A DNA stretch of 64,000 nucleotides, taken from NCBI GenBank assembly GCA_965203175.1, contig OZ241867.1:1984001-2048000 (forward strand), in the 5' to 3' direction. This document shows positions 1-11,041 of this stretch, piece by piece. Each line of letters opens with the position of its first letter. The stretch's first letter is position 1. Source of the stretch: Candidatus Latescibacterota bacterium. GTDB taxonomy: Bacteria > Latescibacterota > UBA2968 > UBA8231. The notes under the pieces were generated by a model. It was given only the letters and a program-made list of their open reading frames with translations, had not been told where the DNA came from and ran no database searches. Made by a program: the position numbers and the translations under genes.

Positions 1-251
1 GTGCCGTAATCGAAGCTGACGCGCTCGTCGTCAACGTACAAATCGACCCGATAGGTGCGGGGAGGAATGGCGTCAGTGCCTCGGTTGGCCTGGTGTCGGA
101 CGAACACAACTTTATCGCCGACCACTACTTCCTCGGGTATATGGACGACTTCGACGGCCACCAAATCGTAATTGCCCTCAGGGGCTTCTTCGAGTGGCGC
201 GGCATACGCCGACGGCGCAAACAGAAAAACTGCTAACATGAGATGACGCAT
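1..251 (-). CDS. Secreted protein with CARDB/Ig-like domain, runs off window edge
   Basis: ATG at 251 after AAGGAAGGA RBS; MRHLMLAVFLFAPSAYA signal peptide then DLVAVEV...NRGT...YRVDLYVDD, CARDB-like; open to position 1. Confidence 0.6.
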   Translation of the reverse strand, partial: MRHLMLAVFLFAPSAYAAPLEEAPEGNYDLVAVEVVHIPEEVVVGDKVVFVRHQANRGTDAIPPRTYRVDLYVDDERVSFDYG

Positions 252-360
252 GGTTGATTCCTTCCTTATTCGCGGTGAAGGGCCTTGGCTAGCCTAAGCG
301 TCCGGTGAAATTCGTCCGAAACATCGTCAGCGGCAACATGTTGTCCGTCAACATCAAGGA

Positions 361-2811
361 TTACATCCTTACATTAACAGTACCCCCAAAGTCAAAGCGC
401 ACCAAACTCACCCCCACGCCCCAGCCGGGCCGATCCAAACGCCGGGTAAAATCGAGGCGCAACAGGTGATACAGCATGAGCGAGACCCCCACCTCATGGT
501 GGAAACTCTCCGCATAACGCGGATTGTGTCCCAGTTTGGCTCGCCGCTCTAGGTCAATCCACGTCCGCCCCGAAGCCCCGTGCACCACCAGCCCCGCACC
601 CCGCATGGCCCAATCCCACAGTCCCAATAGCTCAAAGGGCGTGGTCTTGAAGTTATGCTCCCAATACAGGGCCGCATAGTGCTCCCCCTCATAGGGATGG
701 CCGCGCACCGTGCGGAAAGCGCCAAACGGAGAGAAAAAGCCCATGCTGGCCTCCAAGCATCCAAAGCGCTGCATTGGCACATCGCCGATTGAGTATCCCG
801 CTACCAGCCGCACATCGAGCGCGTTGGGCGTGACGCGGCGCTTGAGGAAGGTTTTGAAATGGCCGTCCAAGGCTAGGCGCAAACGGGTGAAGGAAAAGTC
901 GCTGCCCAGTCCAGCACTGCTGTGCTCCACTCCCACTGCGACCCGCCGATTGGCCGTCAATCCAAAAGGCTGATACGGTCCGCCCCATTCGAGACCCGCC
1001 TCCACTGAGCGCAGCCGACCTTCCTCAATCGCCGGATTGGGTCGCGGCCTCCAGTCCCGATTTAACAGACTGAAAGCGGTCGTCTCCTGTAGCGAAGAAT
1101 GCTCCTCGTGGTTAAAGCCCACCGCCAAGCCGACCTGACTCGGCAGGGCAAGATGAAGCCGTGCTCGCAACCTTTCATTCCAGTAATAATCGAAATAGTC
1201 GTCCAGGCCCAGCAGAAACTGGCCACTGTTGAGCAACGGGAAATAGCTGTCCGAAGGAACGCGCGGCACCGGTCCTTTCCCGTACTCCAGAGCGACCCTA
1301 CCTGCTGTCCGCTGCCAGCCGACCCGGCCCCGGTAAGACCAGCGCTTCAGACCGACGTTGTATCCGGTAGCAACACCGGTCTCCAGTCCGCCGCCCAGAC
1401 CCCGGTTTCCCTCCAGCCCCAGATGCGCTCCACCCACCCGGTCGTACCGCAAAGCGGGCTTCAGATTGACTGCTCCCCAGCGCGACGATTCCACTCGCTC
1501 CGCAGTCTTTTTCTTTCCCTGTTCCGTCCGCTCCTCCGTCTCTTCCGTTTGCTCCTTTATCAACAAACGGGCGAGGAATCCCGTCGGCTGGAAGGCCTTT
1601 TCGAACTGCATAGTGCTGTCGATGGTGGCATAAGCGGCTTGTTCCCGCGCCGACAGGGGTACCTTATCGGTCAACCGGACAAAGGAAGTGTCCTGGGCCA
1701 CGGCCAGCGAATCGACCCGCAGAACTTCCTCGCTGGCGTAGAGCGAGTCGGGCATATCGACATTGACTTGGCAATCGCTCAGCCGCGTTATCACGTTGTA
1801 CTTGATCGCGGGAAAGTGCAGCCCCACCGTGCTGATTTTTACTGCCATAGAAGCTCGGTAGTCGACCGGCAGCCACACCCCTCCGGCAAAGCCGCGGAAC
1901 TGTTGTTGGTAGGCAAAATCCATGTGCTCGATCAGGGGCAGGGGAACGGCTGAGGTCGTGGTCGCCCGGTTAGGTGCCAGCTCTACTTCGAGCAAGGCAA
2001 AATCCTCGTCCAACACCGCGACGCGGCCGACAAAAGCGGCTTGCAATTTATTCTTTGGCTCAACCGAGATGTCGAATACCACCTTATCGTCCAAATAGCG
2101 CTGGCCGATCAAGTCGAAGCGGTAGTGCTTGAGGGCATCGGGATGGGTCGGCCCGATCAGGGTGTGGCCGATAAAGGGGATATCATCGTCGTAGAAATTC
2201 GCAAACCCCGCAAAGGCCGAGATGTATGCTTCTTGGGCATCCAAATTTTGGGTCACGCGTCTCGACTTGACCACTTCGCGCAGCCCCCGCTCCCGCTCCC
2301 AATAAATCTCCGAGGCCAATTCGCCGATCGAGACAATGCCTTCTTCGTTTTCCAAAACGCGCCGGGCATAGGCTTGTGCCTGATAGCTGGCCAAGCTGGG
2401 CCGCCATTCTTGTTTGCGGCGAATGACTTGGCGCATGATACCCTCGGCTGAGGTTTCGGCAGTCACCACGATGGGATCGAGCAGAAAGGGCACTGGCGTC
2501 AAGGCGAAATCGATCCGTTCCGCAGGGGCCGTCATCTCGCGCTCTTGGGAGACGTAGCCGATGTAACTCACTGTCAACGTCGCCGGAAGCTGCTGCACCT
2601 TGAGCGAGTACTCGCCCTCGTCGTTGGCTATGGTCCCGCGATAGGTGCCGGCTAGCTGTACGGTAGCCGCTGGCAGGGGCTGCCCGGTGGACGCGTCGGT
2701 AACGGTGCCACGCACCAGCCACGGTTGGGCATGGACTGGGGGGACGATCCATAAGGCGGCCAAGATGGCCATTGTTAAAAGCAACGTCGCGTTAATTTTT
2801 TTGTAGTCCAT
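361..2811 (-). CDS. Carboxypeptidase-regulatory-like domain + DUF5686-type outer-membrane protein
   Basis: Signal peptide ending VHA-Q; VRGTVTDASTGQPLPAATV...GTIANDEGEYSL...VSYIGY; C-terminal beta-barrel-like strands; start at MDYKK (2826 alternative). Confidence 0.75.
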   Translation of the reverse strand: MDYKKINATLLLTMAILAALWIVPPVHAQPWLVRGTVTDASTGQPLPAATVQLAGTYRGTIANDEGEYSLKVQQLPATLTVSYIGYVSQEREMTAPAERIDFALTPVPFLLDPIVVTAETSAEGIMRQVIRRKQEWRPSLASYQAQAYARRVLENEEGIVSIGELASEIYWERERGLREVVKSRRVTQNLDAQEAYISAFAGFANFYDDDIPFIGHTLIGPTHPDALKHYRFDLIGQRYLDDKVVFDISVEPKNKLQAAFVGRVAVLDEDFALLEVELAPNRATTTSAVPLPLIEHMDFAYQQQFRGFAGGVWLPVDYRASMAVKISTVGLHFPAIKYNVITRLSDCQVNVDMPDSLYASEEVLRVDSLAVAQDTSFVRLTDKVPLSAREQAAYATIDSTMQFEKAFQPTGFLARLLIKEQTEETEERTEQGKKKTAERVESSRWGAVNLKPALRYDRVGGAHLGLEGNRGLGGGLETGVATGYNVGLKRWSYRGRVGWQRTAGRVALEYGKGPVPRVPSDSYFPLLNSGQFLLGLDDYFDYYWNERLRARLHLALPSQVGLAVGFNHEEHSSLQETTAFSLLNRDWRPRPNPAIEEGRLRSVEAGLEWGGPYQPFGLTANRRVAVGVEHSSAGLGSDFSFTRLRLALDGHFKTFLKRRVTPNALDVRLVAGYSIGDVPMQRFGCLEASMGFFSPFGAFRTVRGHPYEGEHYAALYWEHNFKTTPFELLGLWDWAMRGAGLVVHGASGRTWIDLERRAKLGHNPRYAESFHHEVGVSLMLYHLLRLDFTRRLDRPGWGVGVSLVRFDFGGTVNVRM

Positions 2812-2871
2812 AATATCCCAAATCATTCGTGGTGAAGCACTGAATGCTCTACATCAAAGGCAAGGGAATGC

Positions 2872-4038
2872 TCAAAGTTCGCTCAACAGCGAGCCGATAA
2901 CCGCATCGATCCTGTCGGTGCTATCAGAACCGAAACCATGGACATCGTAGATGACCTTGCCGTCGCTGTCGAGGATCACATTGCGCGGGTAACCCCGGCC
3001 GAAAATGCGCACGGCCTCGTCGTTCCCCAAAGCGATGTCATAGGCAAACGGATGCTCCTCTAAGAACTGCTTCAACTCCGGCCCTTCGTTGTCGGCGATG
3101 GCGAGGAATTCGATGTCGCGGTCTGCGTACTTCTCAACCAATTCGTTGAGTTCGGGAATCTCAGCAGCGCAAGGCGGACAGAAGGTTTGCCACCAGTTGA
3201 TGACCACGGGCTTGCCGCGCAGCGCCTTCAACTCTATAGCACTGCTGTCGAGCCGAGTAACAGTGACGTTCGGCATCTCGAATCCCACGGCGAGAGCGAC
3301 CGTTTGATCGCTGCGCTCGATCACTAGCTGATCTCCCGTCGCCGACACATGGGATAGCTTGTAGGCCTGACCGTCGATCAAGAAGGGTTCGTTGACCCAG
3401 AAAGCCTCGTCCTCCAGCTTCTCGGTTTGGCCGTACAGACTGGTCAGGAATACGCCGTCCCCGTCGCGGTCAATCACGAGCTGATGTAAAGTAAGCCCCT
3501 GTGAGTCGTCGGGTAGGGTGTAGGTCAAGAAACCTGGAGCCCTCAGCAGTGCCAAAGCATAGCGTCTTCCTCCGATGGTTGCCTGGCCCAAACGCAGTCC
3601 GAATGGGCGGTGCAACACGTCATTCCGTTCGCGGCGGATAAAGAGTTCGATCTTGGACTCAGGCGCTTGGCCAGCCGGGGGCACGGTCAACTCGGCTCTC
3701 AGGGCGTCATCACCTGGAACGTATTTAAAAGAACCTTTTGTCAACTGGAGTTGATGCGGCTGTGCAGTAGAATCGGCAACGACGAAGGCAATGTCCTGTC
3801 CGTCGTTATCCAGTCCCACTAAGACGAGCGGCTCAGCCGGCGAATCCCGGAACGATAGGCGGGCGTGTAGGGGCTCATGGATATCCAATTCGGCAACCGA
3901 TGAGATCTCGGGTAGTCCTTCCGTCAGATATGGGCCAGTCAGGGCGCGACTCATATACGGCTGAAAGAGATGCTCTACGGAATCCTCGCGCACAGATTTC
4001 ATGGCCACCGCGATACTCTCTGCTTTGATCGCTCTCAC
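2872..4038 (-). CDS. TlpA/ResA-like thiol-disulfide oxidoreductase (C-terminal thioredoxin fold), paralog lacking signal peptide
   Basis: LRGKPVVINWWQTFCPPCAAEIPEL CxxC, GYPRNVILDSDGKV; GTG at 4038 is homologous to start of upstream paralog (ATG 4044 alternative). Confidence 0.8.
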   Translation of the reverse strand: MRAIKAESIAVAMKSVREDSVEHLFQPYMSRALTGPYLTEGLPEISSVAELDIHEPLHARLSFRDSPAEPLVLVGLDNDGQDIAFVVADSTAQPHQLQLTKGSFKYVPGDDALRAELTVPPAGQAPESKIELFIRRERNDVLHRPFGLRLGQATIGGRRYALALLRAPGFLTYTLPDDSQGLTLHQLVIDRDGDGVFLTSLYGQTEKLEDEAFWVNEPFLIDGQAYKLSHVSATGDQLVIERSDQTVALAVGFEMPNVTVTRLDSSAIELKALRGKPVVINWWQTFCPPCAAEIPELNELVEKYADRDIEFLAIADNEGPELKQFLEEHPFAYDIALGNDEAVRIFGRGYPRNVILDSDGKVIYDVHGFGSDSTDRIDAVIGSLLSEL

Positions 4039-4112
4039 TGCCATCCCCCTTGTGGATGTGTAGAGTGTGTTTGGGTTTGTTCAGGCAAATGCTCGTACAT
4101 ATAATGAAACGC

Positions 4113-5333
4113 TCAAAGTTCGCTCAACAGCGAGCCGATAACCGTGTCGATTTGGTCAACGGTATTAGAACTGAGGCCCGTGATATCCAAGACGACTTTG
4201 CCTTCGCCGTTGACAATTACATGACGCGGATAAGCTGTGCCGAGAATGCGCATAGCCTCGTCATTCGCCACGGCGATGTCATAGATGAACGGATGCTTCT
4301 CCAGAAACGGCGGCAACTCCGCCATTTCGTTGTCGGCGATAGCGAGGAATTCGACATCGCGACCCTCGTACTTCTCAACCAATTCGTTGAGTTCGGGGAT
4401 CTCCGCGATGCAGGGCGAGCAGGCGGTATGCCACCAGTTGATGACCACGGACTTGCCGCGCAGCGCTGTCAGGTCGATAGCACTGCTGTCGAGCCGAGTA
4501 ACGGTGACATTCGGCATCTCAAAGCCCATGGCGAGCGCGACCGTTTGATCGCTGGGCTCGATTACTAACCGATCTCCTGTCGCCGACACATCGGCCAATT
4601 TGTAAACTTGATCGTCGATTATGAAGGGGTTGGTGATTTCGAACGCCTCGTCCTCCAACTCCTCGGTTCCTAGCATATAAGTCAGGAATACACCGTCTCC
4701 ATCGCGGTCAATCATGAACTGATGTAAAGTCCTCCCCAGTGAGTCAACAGGTAGGGTATAGGCCAAGAAACCCGGAGACCTCATCATTGCTAAGGCATAG
4801 CGCCTGTCTCCGATAGCTGCTTCGCCCAAACGCAGTCCGAAGGGACGGTGCATCACGGAGCTACGTTCGCGGCTGATAAAGAGTTCGATCTTGGACTCTG
4901 GCGCTTGGCCAGCCGGGAGCACGGTCAACTCAGCTCGCAGGGCCTCATCGTCCGGAACGTATTCAAAAGGACCGCTTGTCAACTCGAGTTGCTGCGGCTG
5001 CGCGGTGGAATCGACAACAGCGAAGGCGATGTCCTGTCCGTCGTCATCCAATCCTAGTACGACAAGTGGCTCAGCCGGCGAATCTTTGAACGACAATCGA
5101 GCGTGCAGGGGCTTATCGATTTCTAGTTCGGCAATCGCTTGAATATCAGGCAGTCCTTCCGTTAGCTGCGAGCTAGTCAGGCCGCGCATAAGAAAAGGCT
5201 GGAAGAGATGCTCTACGGAATCCTCGCGCACGGATTCCATTTTCACCGTGATATTCTCTGCGCCGGCCGCTCCATAAATGAACGCCGTGGCGACGGTGGC
5301 GATGATGGTGATGGCAGATTTGATCGATTTCAT
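4113..5333 (-). CDS. TlpA/ResA-like thiol-disulfide oxidoreductase with signal peptide
   Basis: GGAGG RBS; N-terminal hydrophobic signal; LRGKSVVINWWHTACSPCIAEIPEL CxxC. Confidence 0.85.
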   Translation of the reverse strand: MKSIKSAITIIATVATAFIYGAAGAENITVKMESVREDSVEHLFQPFLMRGLTSSQLTEGLPDIQAIAELEIDKPLHARLSFKDSPAEPLVVLGLDDDGQDIAFAVVDSTAQPQQLELTSGPFEYVPDDEALRAELTVLPAGQAPESKIELFISRERSSVMHRPFGLRLGEAAIGDRRYALAMMRSPGFLAYTLPVDSLGRTLHQFMIDRDGDGVFLTYMLGTEELEDEAFEITNPFIIDDQVYKLADVSATGDRLVIEPSDQTVALAMGFEMPNVTVTRLDSSAIDLTALRGKSVVINWWHTACSPCIAEIPELNELVEKYEGRDVEFLAIADNEMAELPPFLEKHPFIYDIAVANDEAMRILGTAYPRHVIVNGEGKVVLDITGLSSNTVDQIDTVIGSLLSEL

Positions 5334-5415
5334 GGCATCCTCCTATGGGATGTGTGTGAAGTACGTTTGGGTTTATTCGACCTTCAGACTGCTTTTCGAA
5401 CAGTCACCTTCCGAC

Positions 5416-6591
5416 TCATTCGTGGTGCAGTGCCTCGACTGGCCGTATCCGGCAGGCTAGCCGACCCGGATACAGGCTGCACACGATCACGAGGCCGTAA
5501 ATTATTAGGGCTGCAAGGGCTATACTGAGTGCGTAGATTCCGCCGGTGTAATCGAGCAGTTCCAGTAGCGGGAGTTGCAAGACGAGCAGCAGACCGGCGA
5601 TTACGCCGATGCTGGCGACTACGAGTATCTCGCCCGTCAATTGCGCGTAGATACTGGCCGCCGACCCGCCCAAGGCCCTTCTCAGGCCAATCTCCTCGGT
5701 TCTTAGCGTAGTCCGCTGCCACAGCACGCCGCTCAACGACAGCGCCACCATACCCAACATCAACACCGAGACAACCCCGGCGGCGAACAGATACGTCAAG
5801 GTCAACTTGAACGACGAGGCGCGATCTTCCTCTAAGGTCGTAATATCTACTATGTACCACGGGGCCATGGCCTTGAGCCGCTTGAAAATTTGCTCTTGGG
5901 CCGCCAACGGGGTGTCAGGACGCACTTTGACCACAAAATGGACACGATGAGAGTAATCGTCTTCCAAGCGAGCTAACATGAAGAACCCAGTATCGGATAA
6001 TTCCCCTCTGCGACGATAGGCGGAGACCACCCCGATGACCCGTCCGTCACCGTCATCCCCCCCCCACTCTTCGATCTGCTGGCCAATGGGATCTTCATGG
6101 CCAAAGAGTTCCTCGCTAAGTGGCTGGGTTATCACGAGTGGCTCCCAATCTAGAGCCGCGTCCTCTTCACCAAACCACCGCCCGCTGACCAACTCGAGAT
6201 CGAACACTTCGTGGAACTCATCCGAAACATAACCGTGATCAACCCTTTGTCCGCCTATGTCGCCACTGTACTGAGAGAAACCATAGGGGATTGCTGCCCT
6301 ATCCACCGCGGCTACCGACTCGACCCAGTCGAATTCCTCTAGGGCCTGATAGATCTGTCTGCGGCTGGGCACTTCCGCCTCGCTAGGCGCTGGCCGCGCT
6401 CGATCCTGCCTGAATTCCACAGCCCATCGATCTTCGTAGGAAAATCCGAGAGGCTGCCGGTAAGTGTTGACTTTGTCCACGGCGAGAGAGGCCGTGATAA
6501 AGACGATTAGAAAAGAGATGAATATCTGGAAGGCGGTTAGCGCGTTCGCCCTTTTGCGGTTCCAAACTAGCTTGCAGAGATGGAGTATCAT
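5416..6591 (-). CDS. ABC transporter permease, FtsX/MacB family
   Basis: RTEEIGLRRALGG motif, YPGRLACRIRPVEALHHE end; ATG 6591 overlaps upstream stop (ATGA). Confidence 0.9.
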   Translation of the reverse strand: MILHLCKLVWNRKRANALTAFQIFISFLIVFITASLAVDKVNTYRQPLGFSYEDRWAVEFRQDRARPAPSEAEVPSRRQIYQALEEFDWVESVAAVDRAAIPYGFSQYSGDIGGQRVDHGYVSDEFHEVFDLELVSGRWFGEEDAALDWEPLVITQPLSEELFGHEDPIGQQIEEWGGDDGDGRVIGVVSAYRRRGELSDTGFFMLARLEDDYSHRVHFVVKVRPDTPLAAQEQIFKRLKAMAPWYIVDITTLEEDRASSFKLTLTYLFAAGVVSVLMLGMVALSLSGVLWQRTTLRTEEIGLRRALGGSAASIYAQLTGEILVVASIGVIAGLLLVLQLPLLELLDYTGGIYALSIALAALIIYGLVIVCSLYPGRLACRIRPVEALHHE

Positions 6592-7847
6592 TGCTTCCTC
6601 CTTCTGAGGGCCTCTACGATATGCAGGCGCGACATTCTCCAAGCCGGATAGATACCGGAAAGCAGACCGAAGACTAAGGTTATCACCAAGCCGTAGAAAA
6701 AGATGCGATGGTTCAGGTGGAATTCGGCGTATTGCACAATGTTGCTGGCACCGAGTGCTTGTAGGACGAGAAACGTAAGCACCAGCCCTAAAGCACCGCC
6801 CAAGAGCGTGAGAATCGCGTTCTCCACCATGAATTGCCCCACTAAGGTGCGCGAAGACCCGCCGAATGCTTTGCGTACCCCAATCTCAGAAGCGCGCTCC
6901 AAGATGCGAGTGCTGTTGATATTGACCAAACTGACCACCGGCAGGAGCATGAAGAGCAACCCCAGACCGCCAAGCATCAAGAACACCATATCGGTAGTCC
7001 TGTCGTCGAAGCTCCTAGTAATGGATATGCTACGCGTAGTCTCTTCTAACAGCGTTGCAGGACCGCCGATGAGGCGGTTGAGGTGGTCGGAATCGGGATA
7101 TTCGATCCGGGTCAGCACATCGGCGAATTCCTCTTTGATAAGCGGTACTTCTGCCGCATTGCGCGCCAAGATCAGCGCCTGAGAGTTGCCGAATATCGAA
7201 TCATAACGCAGGTACTCGTCCGTTTCGCGGGTGCTGATGGGCACCCAGATATCGGCAAAGGACGCCACGCGGAATACCGGTACATTGGGTACAACCCCTA
7301 CCACGCGAAAAGAACGCCCTTTGACTTCGATGTACTTCCCCACGGCCTGCTCTCCCCCGAAAAACACCCGGCGCGTCTCCTCATTGATCACAGCCACTCG
7401 TTGGGCCTCCTCTACTTCCTTTGTGGTATAGGGACGGCCTTCGAGGAAGTCGAATTCGAGTATCTCCCAGAACGCTCCGTCCGTGTACTTGAGGTCGGAT
7501 TCGATCTTCACGCCCTTGCGATACGTTACTTCCGGGGACCAGAAGCTTGTGGAAATGGACACCTTTTCCGCATGATCTAGCGAGGACACGTACCGTTCCA
7601 AAAAGGCGTAGCTAGGTGCCTGGATATACCTGCCTGGGCGGTCTGTGTGCTCTCCTGTGAGAATCTTCATGCCGAGCGTCCGATCCGCCCGCGTCTCTGG
7701 CGGGAAGGAGCCAAAGACGTGGTCGAGCAAGGCCGTCGCCACCATCAGCACCATGAGCGTGAAGCTGATGGTAACGAGGCTGATGCAGGTAAAGACCTTG
7801 CGCCGCAACAGGACCTTGAGCGCCATTTTGATGTAGTTCTTCAGCAT
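6588..7847 (-). CDS. ABC transporter permease, FtsX/MacB family
   Basis: MLKNYIKMALKVL start, ERASEIGVRKAFGG, YPAWRMSRLHIVEAL. Confidence 0.9.
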   Translation of the reverse strand: MLKNYIKMALKVLLRRKVFTCISLVTISFTLMVLMVATALLDHVFGSFPPETRADRTLGMKILTGEHTDRPGRYIQAPSYAFLERYVSSLDHAEKVSISTSFWSPEVTYRKGVKIESDLKYTDGAFWEILEFDFLEGRPYTTKEVEEAQRVAVINEETRRVFFGGEQAVGKYIEVKGRSFRVVGVVPNVPVFRVASFADIWVPISTRETDEYLRYDSIFGNSQALILARNAAEVPLIKEEFADVLTRIEYPDSDHLNRLIGGPATLLEETTRSISITRSFDDRTTDMVFLMLGGLGLLFMLLPVVSLVNINSTRILERASEIGVRKAFGGSSRTLVGQFMVENAILTLLGGALGLVLTFLVLQALGASNIVQYAEFHLNHRIFFYGLVITLVFGLLSGIYPAWRMSRLHIVEALRRRKQ

Positions 7848-7868
7848 GATCGCCTCCCGTAGATAGAA

Positions 7869-9071
7869 TTAGTCGTGGTGTAGGGCCTCGACCGGCCGCA
7901 CCTTGGTAGCCAGCCAACTCGGATAAAGACCGCACAGCAACACCAGCAGATAGAACGCAAGTGCCGCCGTCATCAGCCCCAAGGCCATCACATAAGGCGG
8001 CACTAGGGTTTCCCACAGCAGGTCCAATAGCTGGAACTGGACAAACGGCACACAGCCGAGGACAACCGCTATCGTCACCAGCACCGCCAATTCGCCCAAA
8101 AATTGTCCGTAGACCCAGCCGCCCGGAGCCCCCACAGCCCGCCGTATTCCGATCTCTCGGGTGCGGCGACGCACGTTCTGCCACATCAGACCGATCAGCC
8201 CCGAGACCACCATGAGCATTATCAGACCGCTGAGCATGGCCAGTCGCTGTAGATTACCGAGCTTTCGCTGACGACTAGCTTCCAAGCGATCCATCACCGA
8301 CGCAACTATGAGCCGTGCGTCATACTCATCAGGGACGAGTGCGTGGACCCTAGCTTTGAGGGTTTCTTCAAAAGCTGGCCCAGCACCCGGATGGGACTTT
8401 ACGAGGAAGTTAAATTCCGAGACAGACCTCTGAGACGGATTATTGGAAAGCTGACTGAACATGAGGCCCGGCACCTCGACGTCCTCGTAGCCCCTGTAAA
8501 GACAAGTCTCCACGACCCCGACCACGCGAGTATGGGTGAGACCATCAACTCTTGGTGAGTCGCCAAGTGCTTTGCCCAAGGGATCTTCGTCGCCGAAAAG
8601 ACTGCGGCTCAACTCTTGGTCAATGACTACTGTCCACCAGTTTAAGGCGGCGTCTTCGGGTTGGAACCAACGCCCGCTGAGTAGCCGCAGCCCCAAAACC
8701 TCTATACCCTCGTCCGAAATAGAAACGGAACCGATCCCGTTTACCGAAAAGACCGAGAACGGCGGTGAGGAAACTTGGGCCACTCCCTGAACTCCGTCGA
8801 GTGCCCGAAGCTCCATCCCCGTGAGCTCGATGCTGCGCCGGATCATTGCCTTGGCGTTATCATCTTGGTTCCGTCCAAAATCCCGGTCCTGTACCGAGAC
8901 GATCCACAAGTCTTCAGCCTCGAATCCCAATGGCTTCGAATTCTCTATGGTGAATAGCACCCAACCAGCGACCAAGAGGGTAAACACCAGAAACGACAGG
9001 AAGAGTTCGCCAACGAGCAGCAGATAGGTCCGCCGCCGGTTCCACGCCAAGCGGCACAAATGGGCAAGCAT
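7869..9071 (-). CDS. ABC transporter permease, FtsX/MacB family
   Basis: MLAHLCRLAWNRR start (TGATG overlap), RRTREIGIRRAVGA, YPSWLATKVRPVEALHHD. Confidence 0.9.
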   Translation of the reverse strand: MLAHLCRLAWNRRRTYLLLVGELFLSFLVFTLLVAGWVLFTIENSKPLGFEAEDLWIVSVQDRDFGRNQDDNAKAMIRRSIELTGMELRALDGVQGVAQVSSPPFSVFSVNGIGSVSISDEGIEVLGLRLLSGRWFQPEDAALNWWTVVIDQELSRSLFGDEDPLGKALGDSPRVDGLTHTRVVGVVETCLYRGYEDVEVPGLMFSQLSNNPSQRSVSEFNFLVKSHPGAGPAFEETLKARVHALVPDEYDARLIVASVMDRLEASRQRKLGNLQRLAMLSGLIMLMVVSGLIGLMWQNVRRRTREIGIRRAVGAPGGWVYGQFLGELAVLVTIAVVLGCVPFVQFQLLDLLWETLVPPYVMALGLMTAALAFYLLVLLCGLYPSWLATKVRPVEALHHD

Positions 9072-10357
9072 CAGTTTTCCCTCCCGGTCAAAGCTTGGAC
9101 GGGGTTCAGGCGCGCCATTTTCCAAGCGGGATAGGCTCCAGAGATTGCCCCGAAGACCACGGCCATCAATAGCCCATAGAAAAAGGTGCGGAGCAATACC
9201 CCAGTATCTAGGTACACATGGAAAGAGAGAGCCATTACTCCCCAGACGCATGGCAGGCTCAACGCCCCGCCTATTAGAGTGAGCAGCACGTTTTCCATGA
9301 CGAACTGCCCCATCAAGGTGCGGACTGAGCCGCCAAATGCCCTGCGCACACCGATCTCGGCCGCTCGCTCCTCAATACGACCGATGTTGAGATTGACGTG
9401 GTGGAGTGCCGGCAGAAGCATGATCAGCAGCAAGCAAATTCCCACTACGATCATATTCTGCCAGACATGGATAGTAACGAGTTGCTGTTTGTTCCCGCTT
9501 GTTACAAAGTCTCGGGCAGACAAACCGCCGGCCACGCCGAGTATCCATCCCTCAAATTTTGTCAGCAGTGGAGCGGCTACCTCAACGCGGGCCGAGCGGG
9601 CATCGGGCGGCGGCTCCACTTGCTCCAGCACCGTGACGAATTCGGTCTGTATCAGCTCTATATCTGCCGACTGACGCGCCAGCACGGCCGCGGCAAAGTT
9701 TCCAACGATCGCGTAAGAACGCCATTTCTTGGGAGGATCGGTGGTCACCGGCACCCAAACATCGGAGTACGTGTTGCCGCCGATAGGATCGGCCACCACG
9801 CCGACGACGCGATAATTCTCGCCATCAATGGGCACACTCTTGCCTACAACGGCCTCTGAGCCGAAGAAGCGCTTGCTAAAGCTGGCCTTGATTACAGCGA
9901 CAAAATCGCCGGACTCCACCTCATCGTCGGTATAGGGCCGGCCTTGGCGAAAATCGAAGCGAAAAACCTGCCAATAGGCCCCATCAGTCAGCCTCACCTC
10001 CACAGAGGCATCCTCGCCACCGTCGCGCAAGTTCCGGTAACTGGGACTTCTGGAAAACACCGTCGCGTTTTCCGCAGTTTCCAGCCGACGCACATAGCGG
10101 TCCAGAAACGCATAACTGGCCCCGCTGCTACTAGCGCTAGATCCCTGCTCCGACGTCTGTAGCACGTATATGCTACGGAGGTACAGGGTGCGGTCGGCGT
10201 GGACTTCGGGTGGTATCGGCCCCACTTCTTGGTCGAAAATGATCACCGCGAACATCAGCACCACGAGGGTGATACATATCCCGAACAAGTTGACGGCAGT
10301 GAAAAACTTGTGCCGCCAAAAGACCTTGAGGGCGATTTTGATGTAGTTCTTCAGCAT
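9071..10357 (-). CDS. ABC transporter permease, FtsX/MacB family
   Basis: MLKNYIKIALKVF start, ERAAEIGVRRAFGG, YPAWKMARLNPVQAL. Confidence 0.9.
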   Translation of the reverse strand: MLKNYIKIALKVFWRHKFFTAVNLFGICITLVVLMFAVIIFDQEVGPIPPEVHADRTLYLRSIYVLQTSEQGSSASSSGASYAFLDRYVRRLETAENATVFSRSPSYRNLRDGGEDASVEVRLTDGAYWQVFRFDFRQGRPYTDDEVESGDFVAVIKASFSKRFFGSEAVVGKSVPIDGENYRVVGVVADPIGGNTYSDVWVPVTTDPPKKWRSYAIVGNFAAAVLARQSADIELIQTEFVTVLEQVEPPPDARSARVEVAAPLLTKFEGWILGVAGGLSARDFVTSGNKQQLVTIHVWQNMIVVGICLLLIMLLPALHHVNLNIGRIEERAAEIGVRRAFGGSVRTLMGQFVMENVLLTLIGGALSLPCVWGVMALSFHVYLDTGVLLRTFFYGLLMAVVFGAISGAYPAWKMARLNPVQALTGREN

Positions 10358-10364
10358 CTCGTCC

Positions 10365-11030
<666 letters not shown>

Positions 11031-11041
11031 GGCAGTCTCCT

